Shown in pieces: positions 38,452 to 51,209 of a DNA stretch of 64,000 bases. The DNA is from Felis catus (Eukaryota), in assembly GCF_018350175.1 (NCBI RefSeq), contig NC_058368.1, positions 226,860,001-226,924,000 on the forward strand, given 5' to 3'. A program made the position numbers and the translations under genes. Numbering within the stretch: position 1 is the first letter of the stretch; every line of letters starts with the position of its first letter. The notes beneath the pieces are model-generated. The model ran no database searches. It was given only the letters and a program-made list of their open reading frames with translations, and was not told the origin of the DNA.

Positions 38452-38674
38452 GGAGCTCCTGGGTGGCTCAGCAGGTTAAGCATCTGACTTCAGCTCAGGT
38501 CATGATCTCACGGTTGGTGGGTTCGAGCCCCGAGTGGGGTTCTGTGCTGACAGCTCAGAGCCTGGAGCCTGTTTCAGATTCTGCGTCTCCCTCTCTCTCT
38601 GCCCCTCCCCCACTCGTGCTCTGTCTCAAAAATAAATAAATATTCAAAAAAAAAAAAAAAAAAGAAAAGAAAAA
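38452..38674 (+). mobile_element. Can-SINE
   Basis: TSD aagaaattaggtgcagcta / aagaaattgggtgcagcta; long A tail. Confidence 0.96.
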
Positions 38675-38987
38675 AAGAAATTGGGTGCAGCTATAGTTTT
38701 CCTTGTTCTCCCACAGACAGTTTGGCCTCTGTCCCAAATACACATTAATTATTATGTATTTTTTGTTCCGTGTAAAGGTTACCAATATATTAACTTACTG
38801 GGTTCAGCCTGCCCAGGGTACTCATGTGTCCATCTCTGCCATGACCTCACAGATACTACCTTCCTTTAAAATGTTAATATTTTGATCATCATGAGTTGTC
38901 TTCTTTTTTTGCAGTCATTTTGATTTTAAAAAATACGACGCCAAAATATGGTTTGTTTTGATTACTGAGGTTTCTGGCATCCTTTTA

Positions 38988-39223
38988 TTTTATTTTATTT
39001 TATTTTATTTTATTTTATTTTATTGTTTGAATGTTTAGTTTTGAAAGAGAAAGGGAGAACAGGGGAGGGGCAGAGAGAGAGAGGGAGAGAGAGAATCCCA
39101 AGCAGGCTCCCCGCTGTCGGCGCAGAGCCCGACACGGCGCGTGATCCTACAAACCCATGAGACAACAACCTGAGCCGAAACCAAGAGTCGGATGCTCGAC
39201 CGACTGAGCCACCCAGGTGCCCC
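38988..39223 (-). mobile_element. Can-SINE with (TTTTA)n tail
   Basis: TSD ctggcatcctttta on both sides. Confidence 0.96.
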
Positions 39224-39249
39224 TACTGGCATCCTTTTAAACCTTGCAA

Positions 39250-39683
39250 GCACTTTCATTGCCTAGGGCTGCTGTAACAAATTACCACATGCTGGGCAGC
39301 TTACAACAAAGCAACTTATTCTCTCGTAGGTCTGGAGGCCAGAAGTCAGAAAATCTGGTGGTGGCAGGGCCACCCTCTGAAACCTCTAGGAGAGAATCCT
39401 TCTTTGCTTCCCCTGGTTTCAGGTAGCTCCAGATGTTCTTTGACTTGTGGCAGGTGTCACTCCCATCTCCACCTCTGTGTTCTCATGGCCTCTGTGCCTC
39501 AAATCTCTCTGGTAAAGACACCTGCCACCAGATTGAAGGTCCACCCTGAAGACGATTTCATCTGGAGATTCTTAATTACATTTACAAAGACCCTTTATCC
39601 AAATAAGATCACATTCACAGGTTCCAGGAGCTAAGACTTGGACATACCTTTTTGGGAGGCCACTACTCCACCCTCTTCCACAC
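39250..39683 (-). mobile_element. MaLR solo LTR (MLT1C-like)
   Basis: cctagggctgctgtaacaaattaccaca...tctggaggccagaagtc...ccaaataagatcacattcacaggttccagg. Confidence 0.88.
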
Positions 39684-40026
39684 CCAAAGCAAGTGCTTCG
39701 TGTGACTTACCCGACTCTCAACCCCATCACAAAGATGTGTGTCCCTTATGGATTCTAGCTCATCGTTACCGAGTCACGGCTGGCCCTTCCAAGTCGTGCA
39801 GAGTGAGAGGACAGACCGATGTAGAACAGTGAACAGCACACATGAAAGAGTGGGGACTCTGTGTCGCCCATCCCCATCCGCACGGAGATCATGGCAGGGA
39901 AGACCAAAATGACATATTTTCAAATTAAAGTTCTTTGGCAGTCTTAGAAGTAAGTTGTAGAGAGGTCACCAAACTTCTGTCATTACAAAACATACCTTTG
40001 GGTTTCAATGCTTTCAATATTTACTT

Positions 40027-40102
40027 CATATATATATGTATATATATAATATATGAAATATATATATCATATATGAAATATATATAAGAAATACATATAT
40101 AT
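40027..40102. repeat. AT-rich low-complexity tract
   Basis: (TA)n interspersed with repeated atatgaaatatatata. Confidence 0.85.
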
Positions 40103-40818
40103 AATGTAAGTACAGACTTTTTTTTTAAACCACAGCTGCATGGCTCTTGTAAATTGAAATTCTTAGAGCATGATCGTCTTCCCGTTATCGTGGGAAAGAG
40201 CGAGCTACTTTAAAAACACACATACACACACACTTCTTGAAGCCATATGGAGATTTTATTCATACAAATAGAAGCTTGGTTTTCTCCCAATTTCCCACCA
40301 GCACTCGTTAGCATCGGGAAGAGCTTTGCCCCACAGTAGGACTTATTAGCATGACCTCCTCTGACTAAAAGTTTTCCCTGTTCCTTGCATAGGGTTTTAA
40401 ATATGTACATTCCTCATTATCACCACAATGGCATCAAGGAGCTATAAAATGTGAATAAGGACCATAATCAATTCTGTTGAGCAACGTTCGTTTTTTACCT
40501 ATAACACAGTTTCAGATGAATCTGTATGTGAATTTCTACACCAGCCCTGAATGTCAGCTCAGAAAAGTATACAAATGCAGCGTGCTTGGGTAAACTTCTC
40601 ATATATTTAATACATTTAAAATTTGGCGTCACGTGAGCAAATTATTTGCAGCTTGGTAGACAGGATGAATAATCTGACACCATATGGAGACTATCTATGA
40701 ACCACAGCAATTTCCACACGGTTGATCACGTTTAAGATAAACAATGTCACTGAAGTAAATTTCTATTTTTACATTATTTTCTGGGTATAATTACAAAACA
40801 AAATTCAACTGAGTACAT

Positions 40819-41040
40819 TTTATTTTTTTTTATTTTGTTAGTGTTTATTATTTTTGAGAAAGAGAGAGACAGAGTGAGAGCAGGGGAAGGGCAGAGAGAG
40901 AGGGAGACACAGAATCTGAAGCAGGCTGCAGGGTCTGAGCTGTCCGCCCAGAGCCCGATGCCGGGCTCGAACTCCCGAGCCACGAGATCATGACCTGAGT
41001 TGAAGTCGGACGCTCAACTGACTGAGCCACCCAGACACCC
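40819..41040 (-). mobile_element. Can-SINE
   Basis: TSD ttcaactgagt (40804-40814 / 41041-41051). Confidence 0.95.
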
Positions 41041-41411
41041 TTCAACTGAGTTAATTTTAAAGATCTTTCTGGATTTATTAAATGATTCGTGAATTGGGCA
41101 GCATCCCCTTGAGATAGAAAGGAGTTCCAAGGAGCTGTACAAGATGAGAGAGAGACTTTTATAGACAGAAGAGAGCGAGACAAGGCAGTTATAGTAGCAG
41201 AGAGCGACTGGTTGTGGCAAGATCACCTTCAGGTAGGGAAGGCAGATGACTTCAGTGGTGATGACCAGTTATTTCCAGATTGACTGGTTTGAGATTGCAT
41301 TCCTGGGGAAGCCAAAGCTATCATTAGGTTAAGTATTACATCTCGGTCTGTTGATGTGGAACTTAGCATAAGTGACTCCATTTGGGGTCTGCTATATATG
41401 CATTTTTACCA
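41041..41411 (-). mobile_element. ERV1-class LTR (its other end lies left of the SINE at ~40790-40815)
   Basis: aaagatctttctggatttatt..gattcgtgaattgggcagcatcc...agcataagtgactccattt, an LTR-like sequence. Subfamily not assigned. Confidence 0.55.
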
Positions 41412-42581
41412 GTATATTATATTTAATGTTTAAACTAAAAGAAGCAGTTTCTGAGAGATTCCCTTCCACGCACATGAATCGTATTCATTCATTAAGGGAG
41501 AATTATTCACCCTTGCTCTCGTGTGAATTTCACACAAAACATGCTTTCTTTTTTCTATGTGCCAGCTGATATTTCATAGAGAAAAAGGTTCAATAAAGAA
41601 GTTTAATTAAATAGTGACTCTTGGTCATATAATGTAAGACAGAGAATTCATCACGAGGGAAGGGTTCGTCAAGTGGAGGGTATGTGAAATTGAGTGTGGA
41701 AGTGGGAGAAATGCAAATTTTGACAGAGCAAGTGATTTTTCATGCAGAAACCTCCCCCTACCTAGACCCTCATGAGTGCTATGGATGGGAGAAGAGACTG
41801 TCGGTGAACATTGAAGGGGCCTTTGGGGTAGAACACAACAAGCACTAGCTGTTGAACCACCTAAATATCGTTTGAATCGGTCTGTCTTCTCTAGATTTGG
41901 TGTCATCTTTTATCTTAATATAATACATAGATAGTTTTAAACGCCGTCCTAACTGCTCGCTGTTCTGCGTTAGCCCCATCGAACTTGGCCTTCACACACA
42001 GCCAGAAATACTCCTCTCAAATGCAGATCTTACCATCTTATGCCGCTAGCTCCCTATAGAGTGAATTTCTAATGCCCATGCCTGGCTCCCAGAGTCATTC
42101 ACAGTCTGAACCCAACCCACCTTTCTGGTCGGCCTCCCACTGCTCCAGACGGATTGAGTCGTCAACAGTTTGGCAGACTGGAACCGCGATAGTTCAGACG
42201 TAGTGATGAGAAGTGAGAAAAAAAAAGAGCCTTCCTTTAAACCCTGAGGCAGCCGGAGGGCAGGAGAAGAGTAGCATCTACGTAAATGCTTCAGGACTTG
42301 GGGGTGGGAGGCATACAGCAGTGCCGGGTCTCAATCAAGTCTGGAGAATTTCCTGGCAGATATTGAACCCTTTCAGAGGCTTTTCCCCAGACTTCAATGA
42401 CACCCAAAGGCTTTGTTACTTTCTTAAACTCTACATTAGGAAAAGATTGCAAAGTCAAGTGGTTCTTCCCACGGGGAACAAAAAATCAGTGTTGACTGAT
42501 TGGACTCGCATAAATTGCAGGCACTGACCGGGAACTGAGATGAGTTGAGATGTCGTTCCTATACTTAGAACAGGACCTTTA

Positions 42582-42805
42582 TTTTTTTTTTTAATTTTTT
42601 TTCAACATTTATTTATTTTTGGGACAGAGAGAGACAGAGCATGAACGGGGGAGGGGCAGAGAGAGAGGGAGACACAGAATGGGAAACAGGCTCCAGACTC
42701 TGAGCCATCAGCGCAGAGCCTGACGTGGGGCTCGAACTCCCGGACCGCGAGATCGTGACCTGGCTGAAGTCGGACGCTTAACCAACTGTGCCACCCAGGC
42801 GCCCC
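42582..42805 (-). mobile_element. Young felid SINE (SINEC_Fc-like)
   Basis: Diagnostic gatcgtgacctggctgaagtcgg; perfect TSD tagaacaggaccttta (42566-42581 / 42806-42821). Confidence 0.97.
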
Positions 42806-43329
42806 TAGAACAGGACCTTTAAAAGCTTTGGATTTTTAATGAGAAATTCACCTACTGCAGGAAACTGGGGCTCAATAGCTCCTCTCACTCTCCTGAAACC
42901 AAAACCCTGGCCAAGGAAAGGGAGAGAACGGGTCTGATGAAAGGTGAAGGAGACCTGGGAAGCAGAGGACACACAGGGCTGAGAGCTTCTAGGACACAGA
43001 TGAGGGACAGGTGCACAGAGCAGGCAACCGGTGCTGGGTCTCAGCTGGAACGAAGGCGACCGCGGAGAGCACGCACTGTCCTCTTTACCCCTCGGAGCCC
43101 TTCTCTACATGAGGTCCTGTTTCACAGAAGGAGGCAGTTCGAAGCATTGAACGGCCCTTCGTCTCTAAAACCCTGACAACCAGACTCACAGCTTAAGGCT
43201 CTCCATATCTGCCCCAAGTCTTAGGAGATAAGGGACAACCTGAAAGCTGTCATTGGAGCCTGCTGGCTCTCTGTGCGTGTTCTTAAGTGGATACTTTCTT
43301 ATGAAGTGCAGTTAAGAAGAAGCCAGGTG

Positions 43330-43725
43330 TTGTAGTCGGTTGTCAGCTGATGCCACCAAATAACCTCCCCCCTCCCCCCCCCCCCATGTGGCTTATGACA
43401 CAGCGTTTACGCTTCTTGATCAGAGGCCCGGGGATGGCAGAAATGGCTTTGCTTTGAGCTAAGTTCAGCCGGCTTTGGCCTCAGATGAGAATCGTGTCTG
43501 TCTCACTCAACTCATCTCCTGCTGAGAATCAGGCTGCAAATCAGCGACCAGCAGAGCTAAGCTCTTCTCAGAGGGATCTCAGGAGCACCGAAGCGAGAAA
43601 CACCGCACCACTTACCTCTGTTCACCTCTCACCTGCTTACGTTCCATGGGCCAAAGCGAGACACATGGCCGAGCCCAAGGTCAGGGGTGGGGAGACAGGA
43701 AATTTCCTCCGTCCCACGGGACAGT
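43330..43725 (-). mobile_element. MaLR LTR (MLT1J/K-like)
   Basis: ccatgggccaaagcgagacacatggccgagcccaaggtcaggggtgggga. Confidence 0.6.
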
Positions 43726-43729
43726 ATAG

Positions 43730-44279
43730 TGTAGGTGCCTGACATGACACTTTCTGATGGCCAAGGCGTTCACTTTGGAGACATTTTACCAGCTGGATGG
43801 CACAGCTTTTAGTAAAACAGCAAAAGAAACCAGGCTGCCCCGCCCCCCATGACGCGCCCCTCTTCGAAAGCCCTAGGTGAACCCAAATAACTAGCCACTT
43901 GAGTGACCCTGCTTTTCCCTTCCCGTGCCCTAATTCCTCTTCAAAAATTTTCATTTGCCAATAAAGAGTGAACCCGTGGGAACTCAGACACCCCACCCTC
44001 GACCTCAGCAACGGCAGAATTCAAAGTCGGGCTCCCTCTCTCCCTCTCCCCCCCCCCACCGCCATCCCCGCATGGCCCTCGGTATGTGTGTCACGTACCC
44101 TTGGTATGTCACCCCCTTGGCATGGCCCTTGGGTGTGTCACGTACCCTCCAGGACTTGGGAGTAATAGATCTTTTCCTTTTTTTCAAAGTTCTCTGAGAG
44201 TTGACCTATGGTGCATCTGGCAAACATAATGAGAAGCCCAAGGGCTGATCTAACCGCAACATTGGTTCCCATCTGGGAA
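43730..44279 (+). mobile_element. ERV1-class 5' LTR with tRNA-Glu-like PBS
   Basis: TG (43730)...CA (44261), then TGGTTCCCATCTGGGA at 44263, versus the tRNA-Glu(TTC) complement TGGTTCCCATACCGGGA. Internal ~30-bp direct repeats. Confidence 0.6.
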
Positions 44280-46579
44280 ATGTCTGTGGGGGCTGCCAGA
44301 AGTAGAGGGCCCAGCTGAGTGCCCCAGGCATTCCTGGCCAATAGCATCACCATCACTAGGCTTAGACCAACACAAAACAGGGGGCGAAATTAGGGGAGAG
44401 GTATGGAACAATGGTCTATTCTTTCCTACCAGGGGAGGCTACAACTTTGTAATTACTAGAGTGGCGGTAGTGACTAAGGGCCACAGACACTGGCTCTCCC
44501 TGTGTCCTGCCCTCCACCTCCCCTTTCTCTCATGCTAGCTCTGGCCACGTGTATTACCACGATGCTACCACAGGCCATAGATTACCAGCGTCCGATCTCC
44601 CCCCCCCCCCCCCAGCAACAAGGTTATTCAAGCCCTCATCCAATATTAAGGGTTACCGAAGCCCAGAAACACATTTTGAGGATCCGTTTCCTGAAACTAC
44701 TCCTGGTACCAATTACCCTGTCAGATACCGAAAATAACGTTATACCTGGTTTGTGTTCATAATGCTTTATGAGCGATCACACTGACGATCCGGCTTTTAT
44801 AACATCCCATTGATAGGAAAAATTGATATCTTAAAAAAAAAAAAGCAATATACCTAACCCTTCCGTAAATCTCACTATTCAAAAACTACATTAAAAAAAT
44901 TCTTGGCATTATTCCCTTTTCGGGATCTTTGTAACTGATACTGCAAATCCCCAGGACGGTTAAGAGTTTGAAAGACACAAGGCTTCTATTATGCAAATTC
45001 TGTAGATTTAGTGCTGGTCAAAAATTGTGTCCACAAGGAGCCGCGAAATGGAATATCTGTAAAAGCATAGTAATAATTGAAAAAAATGGTCTATTAATGT
45101 CAGCGGTAATGGAGGCTCACAAATCTCCCAGGAAATGTTATCAATATATCATCTTTATGAAAGGAAACAATAGGAGATACAGGGGAATTTACTAGAGAAA
45201 ATAAAGATTTAGGGGGAAAAAATGTGCAAAAAACACTAATGGAGATTTTAATCAGGCTTTGCTTCAGGGAAAAAAAGTGAAAATAAAATCTAGGCCCCCA
45301 AAGGTCTTTTCAAGTGTCAGCCAATTAGTTTTTTTATATTAGACCTTAGACTTTTTGAGTCTAAAATACAGGTGTCTCATACCTATAAACCTAAAGCATA
45401 AAAGTCCATGCAAAGTGTGCTTTCTCACATCAGGCAATTGCTAACCCGACGTATTTGTTTCCTACCCAAAGAGATGTACTTGGAGTGACGACAGAGAACA
45501 TTTGCCAATGAAAGTGTGACGACCACGTTTGGTGATGAGGAGACACCAGTATCCGCCCGTGTTTAAGGCACCATCTGTTTGCGCTTACAGACTGGACACC
45601 TTGAACGTCTTCAAAACACACACATGCAAACAAAAGATATTCTGTTATCATCTGCATGGTGAAAAAGTCATTATTTGCACCTGGTGCTGCAATCTGTCTC
45701 CTTTAGGCAAAGGATCTTAAAGGGCTTTGGAGCACAAATCCAGTTCTAACCAACACTGACAGGCAGGGAGAGCAGAAGCCTGTTCCACACGACTGTGCTG
45801 CCCGTGGACTCCTACACGGTCCTGTCCTGTCCTGACTCCACCTTCAGGTACAGATAGAAGAAACATACTTCCGGGGGGGGGGGGGGCCGGGTGAGCAAGG
45901 GCTCCACATTCAGGCATGATGCGGATGGAGATGGTCTCTCCATCTCCCTGGCAAGGGAGTAGGACTACAGACCATCTGTGATTATTGCCACACTTGCAAC
46001 TTTCCTTGATGGCTTTTCCCTTTCCTCCCAACAAATATTTTTCTTGGGGGATCCCAAGCACTCGCAAGGGAAATGACTTATATAGCAGGTCTCTTTGCAG
46101 TCCGAAGTCTATTTCTTGTATCTCAACTCAGCTGCCATTTTGAACCTCCCTTCATTAGGAAGGGAGGAAACAAATCCATCTTCCTTCGGGTTAATCCGGG
46201 TGAGTCTGTGTTCTGGCTTCCCTGGGATAGTCCTGGCGTATGCTAGTTATTCCAGGGTAATTCTTGGTACTCTCAAGTGCGTGCGGCTGTCCACGTGTGG
46301 TTGCCCTGGTAAATCACCTCCCCAATCCCCAGGTCACCTCAACACTGCTACGGGCTTACGTGCTTCAGTGTAGGAGGAGGGGACAGGGGTCTGACCATTA
46401 AATGACGTAGTTTTATTGTGTAGGCAATCAGGTCTGGGAGCTGAGACTTTCTGCCACCCCTCTGCCATGGTAGGGGAGTGGCATCGTCTTCAATCTGCCC
46501 GTATTTCGATGCAGAGATACTGAGCTTCTCCTCTAGGGTCTGAGTGCTTCCCTGACACAATGCCAGAAAGTTGAGCTCT

Positions 46580-47105
46580 TGTCCATATGGGAGGCAAATT
46601 GATAGTCATGCTCCCTCGACTGTAGGATAGACCTAGTGACATGCTTCGAATAGATACAACACGGCAAAAGTGATGGGATGCCATCACTGATGTTAAGGTA
46701 CAGATAATTCTGGCTTCCGTGTTGTTCACCCTCTCTCATGGAAGCCAGCTGCCATGTTGTGAGCTTCTCTATGGAGAAGCCCACCGGGCAAGGAAAAGCC
46801 AGCAAAGACTTGAGGCCCTTAATCACCCAGAGGCCCAGTACCAGACAACTAGGGGCAGTTCCTATGCTCCAGAACCCAAGAAAATTATTCAAACTAGCCA
46901 ATCCTTATCCTGCTCACCCTGCCTTACCTGTTCTTCCACAGGAACGGTCTTTACCCTGTTTTTCTCCCACTCCCTCTGCCTTCCAACTGACCCCATGGTG
47001 TAGTGTGCCCCTTTCCCTTGGGAACTATGAGTAACAAACTGTCTTTTCAATGACAGTCATCTCTTGATCTATTGGTCCTACCATACGTCAGATTTTCTAT
47101 TAATT
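46580..47105 (+). mobile_element. MLT1E/F-like fragment fused to an ERVL LTR (MER74-like) fragment
   Basis: ggaagccagctgccatgttgtgagc (MLT1E/F), then aaattattcaaactagccaatcct...cttgggaactatgagtaacaaac (MER74/MER73-like). Confidence 0.55.
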
Positions 47106-47640
47106 CACTAATTCCTCCTTTCTTCTTCCCTCCGATCAGGGGTCCCTTTTGTAGTTTTGTAGGTTTAAAGGAAACTCCACTTTCCTTCCTGCTTTTGGTC
47201 ATTTTGTCTGAATACCAGACCACTTGTGTTTATTTAACCCAACCACTAAATGTCAGAGGTCATAAGCCTTTCTTGCTCTTAGCCCTGTCTATGGGCCTCA
47301 TCTTCTTTAATGTTGGCTGGGGGGTGGGGGGGTGGGGCAGGGAATACTAGGTGGGAAATACAAAGGTTAAGACCATAAAACATTGTATCCGGCTATGGCT
47401 GTGCATTTGCTTTCAGGACTGTGAAGCTTTTCCAAAGACACTCCTGGAAGGAGAAGCCCCCAGTAAATGGACAGAAGATGGATTTTTAGGGTCCATGAGA
47501 CATAAAATGATGACTTAAAGGAAGTAGGCTGTGGCTAAAGGTGATCTTAAGGATTTACGTGGCAAAGCAGGTCATTAAAAGTTCAGTGAACTGATCAAAA
47601 TGCACAATGGAAGTTTTACGTGTAGACTATTGTTTTGAAG

Positions 47641-47852
47641 GGGGGGTGTGCAAGTGAGCGAGGGACACAGAGAGAGAATCCCATGATGGCCAGGGAGAAA
47701 GAAAGAGAGAGAGAGAGAGAGAGAGAGTCAGGAAGGGAGAGAGAGAAGCGGGGCTCACCTGAAGTGGGGCTCGTGCTCACCCGATGCAAGACTGGAGCTC
47801 AAGAACCTTGAGATCCTGACATGAGTCAAAGTCAGATGTTTCACTGACTGAG
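47641..47852 (-). mobile_element. 5'-truncated older Can-SINE
   Basis: (GA)n, gaagcggggctcacc...gagatcctgacatgagtcaaagtcagatg; flanked by agactattgtttt / agactatctttt. Confidence 0.85.
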
Positions 47853-47879
47853 ACTATCTTTTAAATCCTAGCTTCTCTA

Positions 47880-48106
47880 GGAGCGCCTGGCTGGCTCAGT
47901 CAGTTAAGCGTCTGACTGCATCTCAAGTCATGATCTCTCAGTCGGTGAGTTCGAGCCCCGAGTCCTGACTCTGTGCTGACAGCTTGGAGCCTGGAGCCTG
48001 CTTCACATGCCGTGCCTACCTCTCTCTCTGCCCCTCCCCTGCTCATGCTCTATATCTCTAAGTCTCTCAAAAATGAATAAAATGTTTTAAAAAAAATTTT
48101 TTTAAA
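47880..48106 (+). mobile_element. Can-SINE
   Basis: Full SINE; flanks agcttctcta / agcttttccta. Confidence 0.95.
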
Positions 48107-48699
48107 GAACAAGCTTTTCCTATGATCCAGCTCTAGAAGTCTGTGATTAAAAGTAAATTCTGTCACTAATTTTGACTTCTAAATACCAAAAAGTTCTTTA
48201 AAAAAGGGGCTTTACCTATAAAATTAGGAAAAAGAAACATTAAAAAGGCTGTTTTAAGTATATGTGTTTTTTTTTCTGTCCCTACCTACCCCAGTAAACT
48301 TATATTGAGTAGTTCATTTATTAGAAGACTTCTTGAAAACCACAGTCCATGTACTAAGGTTTGTTTCACGTGGGTCACTAGTGTGGAAGGCTTTGATATC
48401 CTATGTTGAAAGTAGAGCAGTCAATTAATTCCATGAGTGTGAACTTGGCATCACAGCCCATGTACCCTTAGGGGAATGCCAGCTTTCCAAATACTGGTTT
48501 CTAAACAAAACACAATATTTCGTTGTCTGACTTGATGTCAAAGCATGTTGCTTTAATTCCTGAAGCATGAGCTGAAAATTCTATTTTTCATCCTCTTGTT
48601 TCCCCTAAGGGAATTCTTGGCAAGATTTGACTTCAGAAGCGTAGGAATTCTGCTTCCAAACCTTCTGTAGAGACACATGCTCAACTTGCTCAGACATTG

Positions 48700-49050
48700 A
48701 ATTAGTCAGGATATGATAGTGTGTGCTACAATAACAAGTAATTCAAAACCTTGGTGGCCCAAAGCAAAAAAAAGAGGCCTATCCAACAGAGATTGGCTGT
48801 AGTGTTCTATTCTGCACAACCTCTCAGTGATCCACGCTTATGGAACAGCCACATTTCAAATGTTGCTCATTTCTATGCTAGAGAGAAAGAACATTCTGGA
48901 GGATTTTGAATTTGTAAATAATGCCCCAGTCCACATCTCACTAGTCAGGGATATTGCCATGGCCCTGCTAAAGTGTAATAGGGACAGACATTCAATCTAT
49001 GAGCCCAGAAGGAGAGGACTACCAGATTTGGGGGAGTTGTCCCAAAGACC
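48700..49050 (-). mobile_element. MaLR LTR (MLT1K/L-like)
   Basis: attagtcaggata...tgctacaataacaa...ccacatctcactagtcagg..catggccctgctaaagtgtaa. Confidence 0.55.
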
Positions 49051-49721
49051 ACCATAGGTGCCTTTAAGAAAACCAACTTGAACCATGCAAAGGTTCAAAC
49101 CAGCCCTGCCGTCTTGCCTGTGCAGTGGATTCCATAGTCCTGCAAAGGCTCCAGGACACTTTTCCTTCATTGTCATCAGTTAATCCTGATCTCCTCTTTT
49201 CTTCATTTTGTAATCCTTTGAGTCAGCATTGATATTTGGACACTGCTATCCATCTCATCGACAGGTTTGCACACATGGATGGACATTCCGGTCTTTCAAA
49301 ACTGGTAATACCCAAGTGCCACCCAAGATGAATGTCTCTAGAATATTTGGGAAATAGGAGCCATACACACTTATCAGTATTTTTACAAATCCTTCAGGTG
49401 GGTCAAATGTGCAACAGAGATGAAAAGCACTGCTCTAGCGCCGTGAATGAGTGTCCTTTAAGTCTGTCTCCACATCAACCTTTCAGAGGCACCAAAAGTG
49501 AAACGCCAAGTCCCTGAACTCAGGTCTCTCCTGTCTGAACGAGAGGAACCCTACCCTCCGACCCTACAGTGAGGTCTCTGATGGAGGGAGATCACATATT
49601 CCACACCCATTTCATCAGATGACAAGACTTGTCCTTCCTCTCACCACCACCCCAAGTTGTCAGAAAGCATCATTTATAGATATAAGAGAGACAATTACTT
49701 GAATTTAGAAACTTGGAGTTA

Positions 49722-50177
49722 TCCTATTACTGTTAACTATTATTGTGTCAAATAACATCTCAAAGAATAGAAGCTGAAAATAACAACAATCACTTACTTT
49801 GCTGCCAAATCTGCATATGACCCTGTTCCAGGTGGTGTCACCTAGAATGGCTCACCTGGGGCTGTTACTAACTACCCTTAAAATAGTTCTCTCACCTGGC
49901 TGGGAAGTCGGTGCTAGCTGGCGGGGCCTCTCTATGAGGCAGCATCGTGCTTCCTTACAACATGGCTGGATTCTGAGGGAGAGAATCTCAAGATCCAAAA
50001 ATCGGTATTGCCTTTTTTGACGTAGAGGGCACTTTCCAGTCACAAGTCCACCCAGATTCAAGTGGATGGAACAGAGATCCTACCGCTCAGTGGAAGGAGT
50101 TTCAAAATCACATTGTAAGCCTAGCACGCGGATGGGTGATATTATTGCAGCCATTTCCGAAAATGCATTCTGCCATA
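49722..50177 (-). mobile_element. MaLR LTR (MLT1F/G/H-like)
   Basis: ttccttacaacatggctgg...agtcacaagtccacccagattcaag...ttgcagccatttccgaaaatgcattctgcca. Confidence 0.7.
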
Positions 50178-50714
50178 TATTCTCAATCATCCTCCACATG
50201 AGAGGCAGAATTCCACAGTGATTTAAAACACTAGCTCTAGGACCAAACTTATAAGCTCTTCTACTGAATTTTTCAACTTGGTTGAGTTTCTTACCCACTC
50301 ACCCCAACCCATGCTCAAGGCTCAATGTCCCACTGTAAAATGGGGATAAAGATAATAAGAATAGAACCTATCCCATATGCAAGTTGATTATAGAGTCTGG
50401 TTTGCCTGTTACATTCCCACTTCATACCTATTGTCTGACATCTTACATCTGCCCTGAGTTTTCATATTTTAATTAAATTTTCGCATTGACATTTATACCA
50501 AAATATCTATCTCAAAATATTTTTAGTAGCTCTCTACTTCCTACTTTCAACCTCTGCTATGATCTCGTCTAGTAGTGCAGGATACACATGTGTAATGAAT
50601 ACGATTCTCGCTCTAATGTGTGTTTAAATCTATAAATCGACCACCAATATCCCGACTCTTTTTGCTAAGCCTTTCCTATAAGTAATACCTCCTTTTCAAA
50701 TATTGCATTCAGGA

Positions 50715-51209
50715 TATAACAGGCAAAATAATGGCCCACCAATGATATGCGTATCCTAATCCCCAGAACCTACAAACGTGTTATATCACATACCAAAAAG
50801 AAATTAAGATTGTTAATAAGATGACCCTAAAATAGAGAGATTATCCTGGATTATCCAGACGGGTCCACTGTAATCACAAAGATTCTTAAAGGTGGAACCG
50901 GGAAGCCAAGAAAGAATCAGCATCAGAGTGATGCCATGTGAAAAAGACTCAACTGGTCATTACTACCTTTGAAAACGGAAGGAGGTCACCAGCCAAGAAC
51001 AGTCCGCAGACTCCAGACGCTGGAGAAGACAAGGTACGGGTTCTCCTGTAGAGCCTGCAGAAGGAACATAGCCCTGCCAACATCTGATTGTAGCCCCATA
51101 AATCCGCATTGAACATCTCACCTTCAGAACCGTGAGATAATAAATTTGTGTTGTTATAAGGGAATAAGTTTGTGTTAATTTTTTATAGCAGCAATAGGAA
51201 ACTAATGCA
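50715..51209 (+). mobile_element. MaLR solo LTR (MLT1D-like)
   Basis: aataatggccc...tcctaatccccagaacct...gagattatcctggattatcc...gcagcaataggaaactaatgca. Confidence 0.9.
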
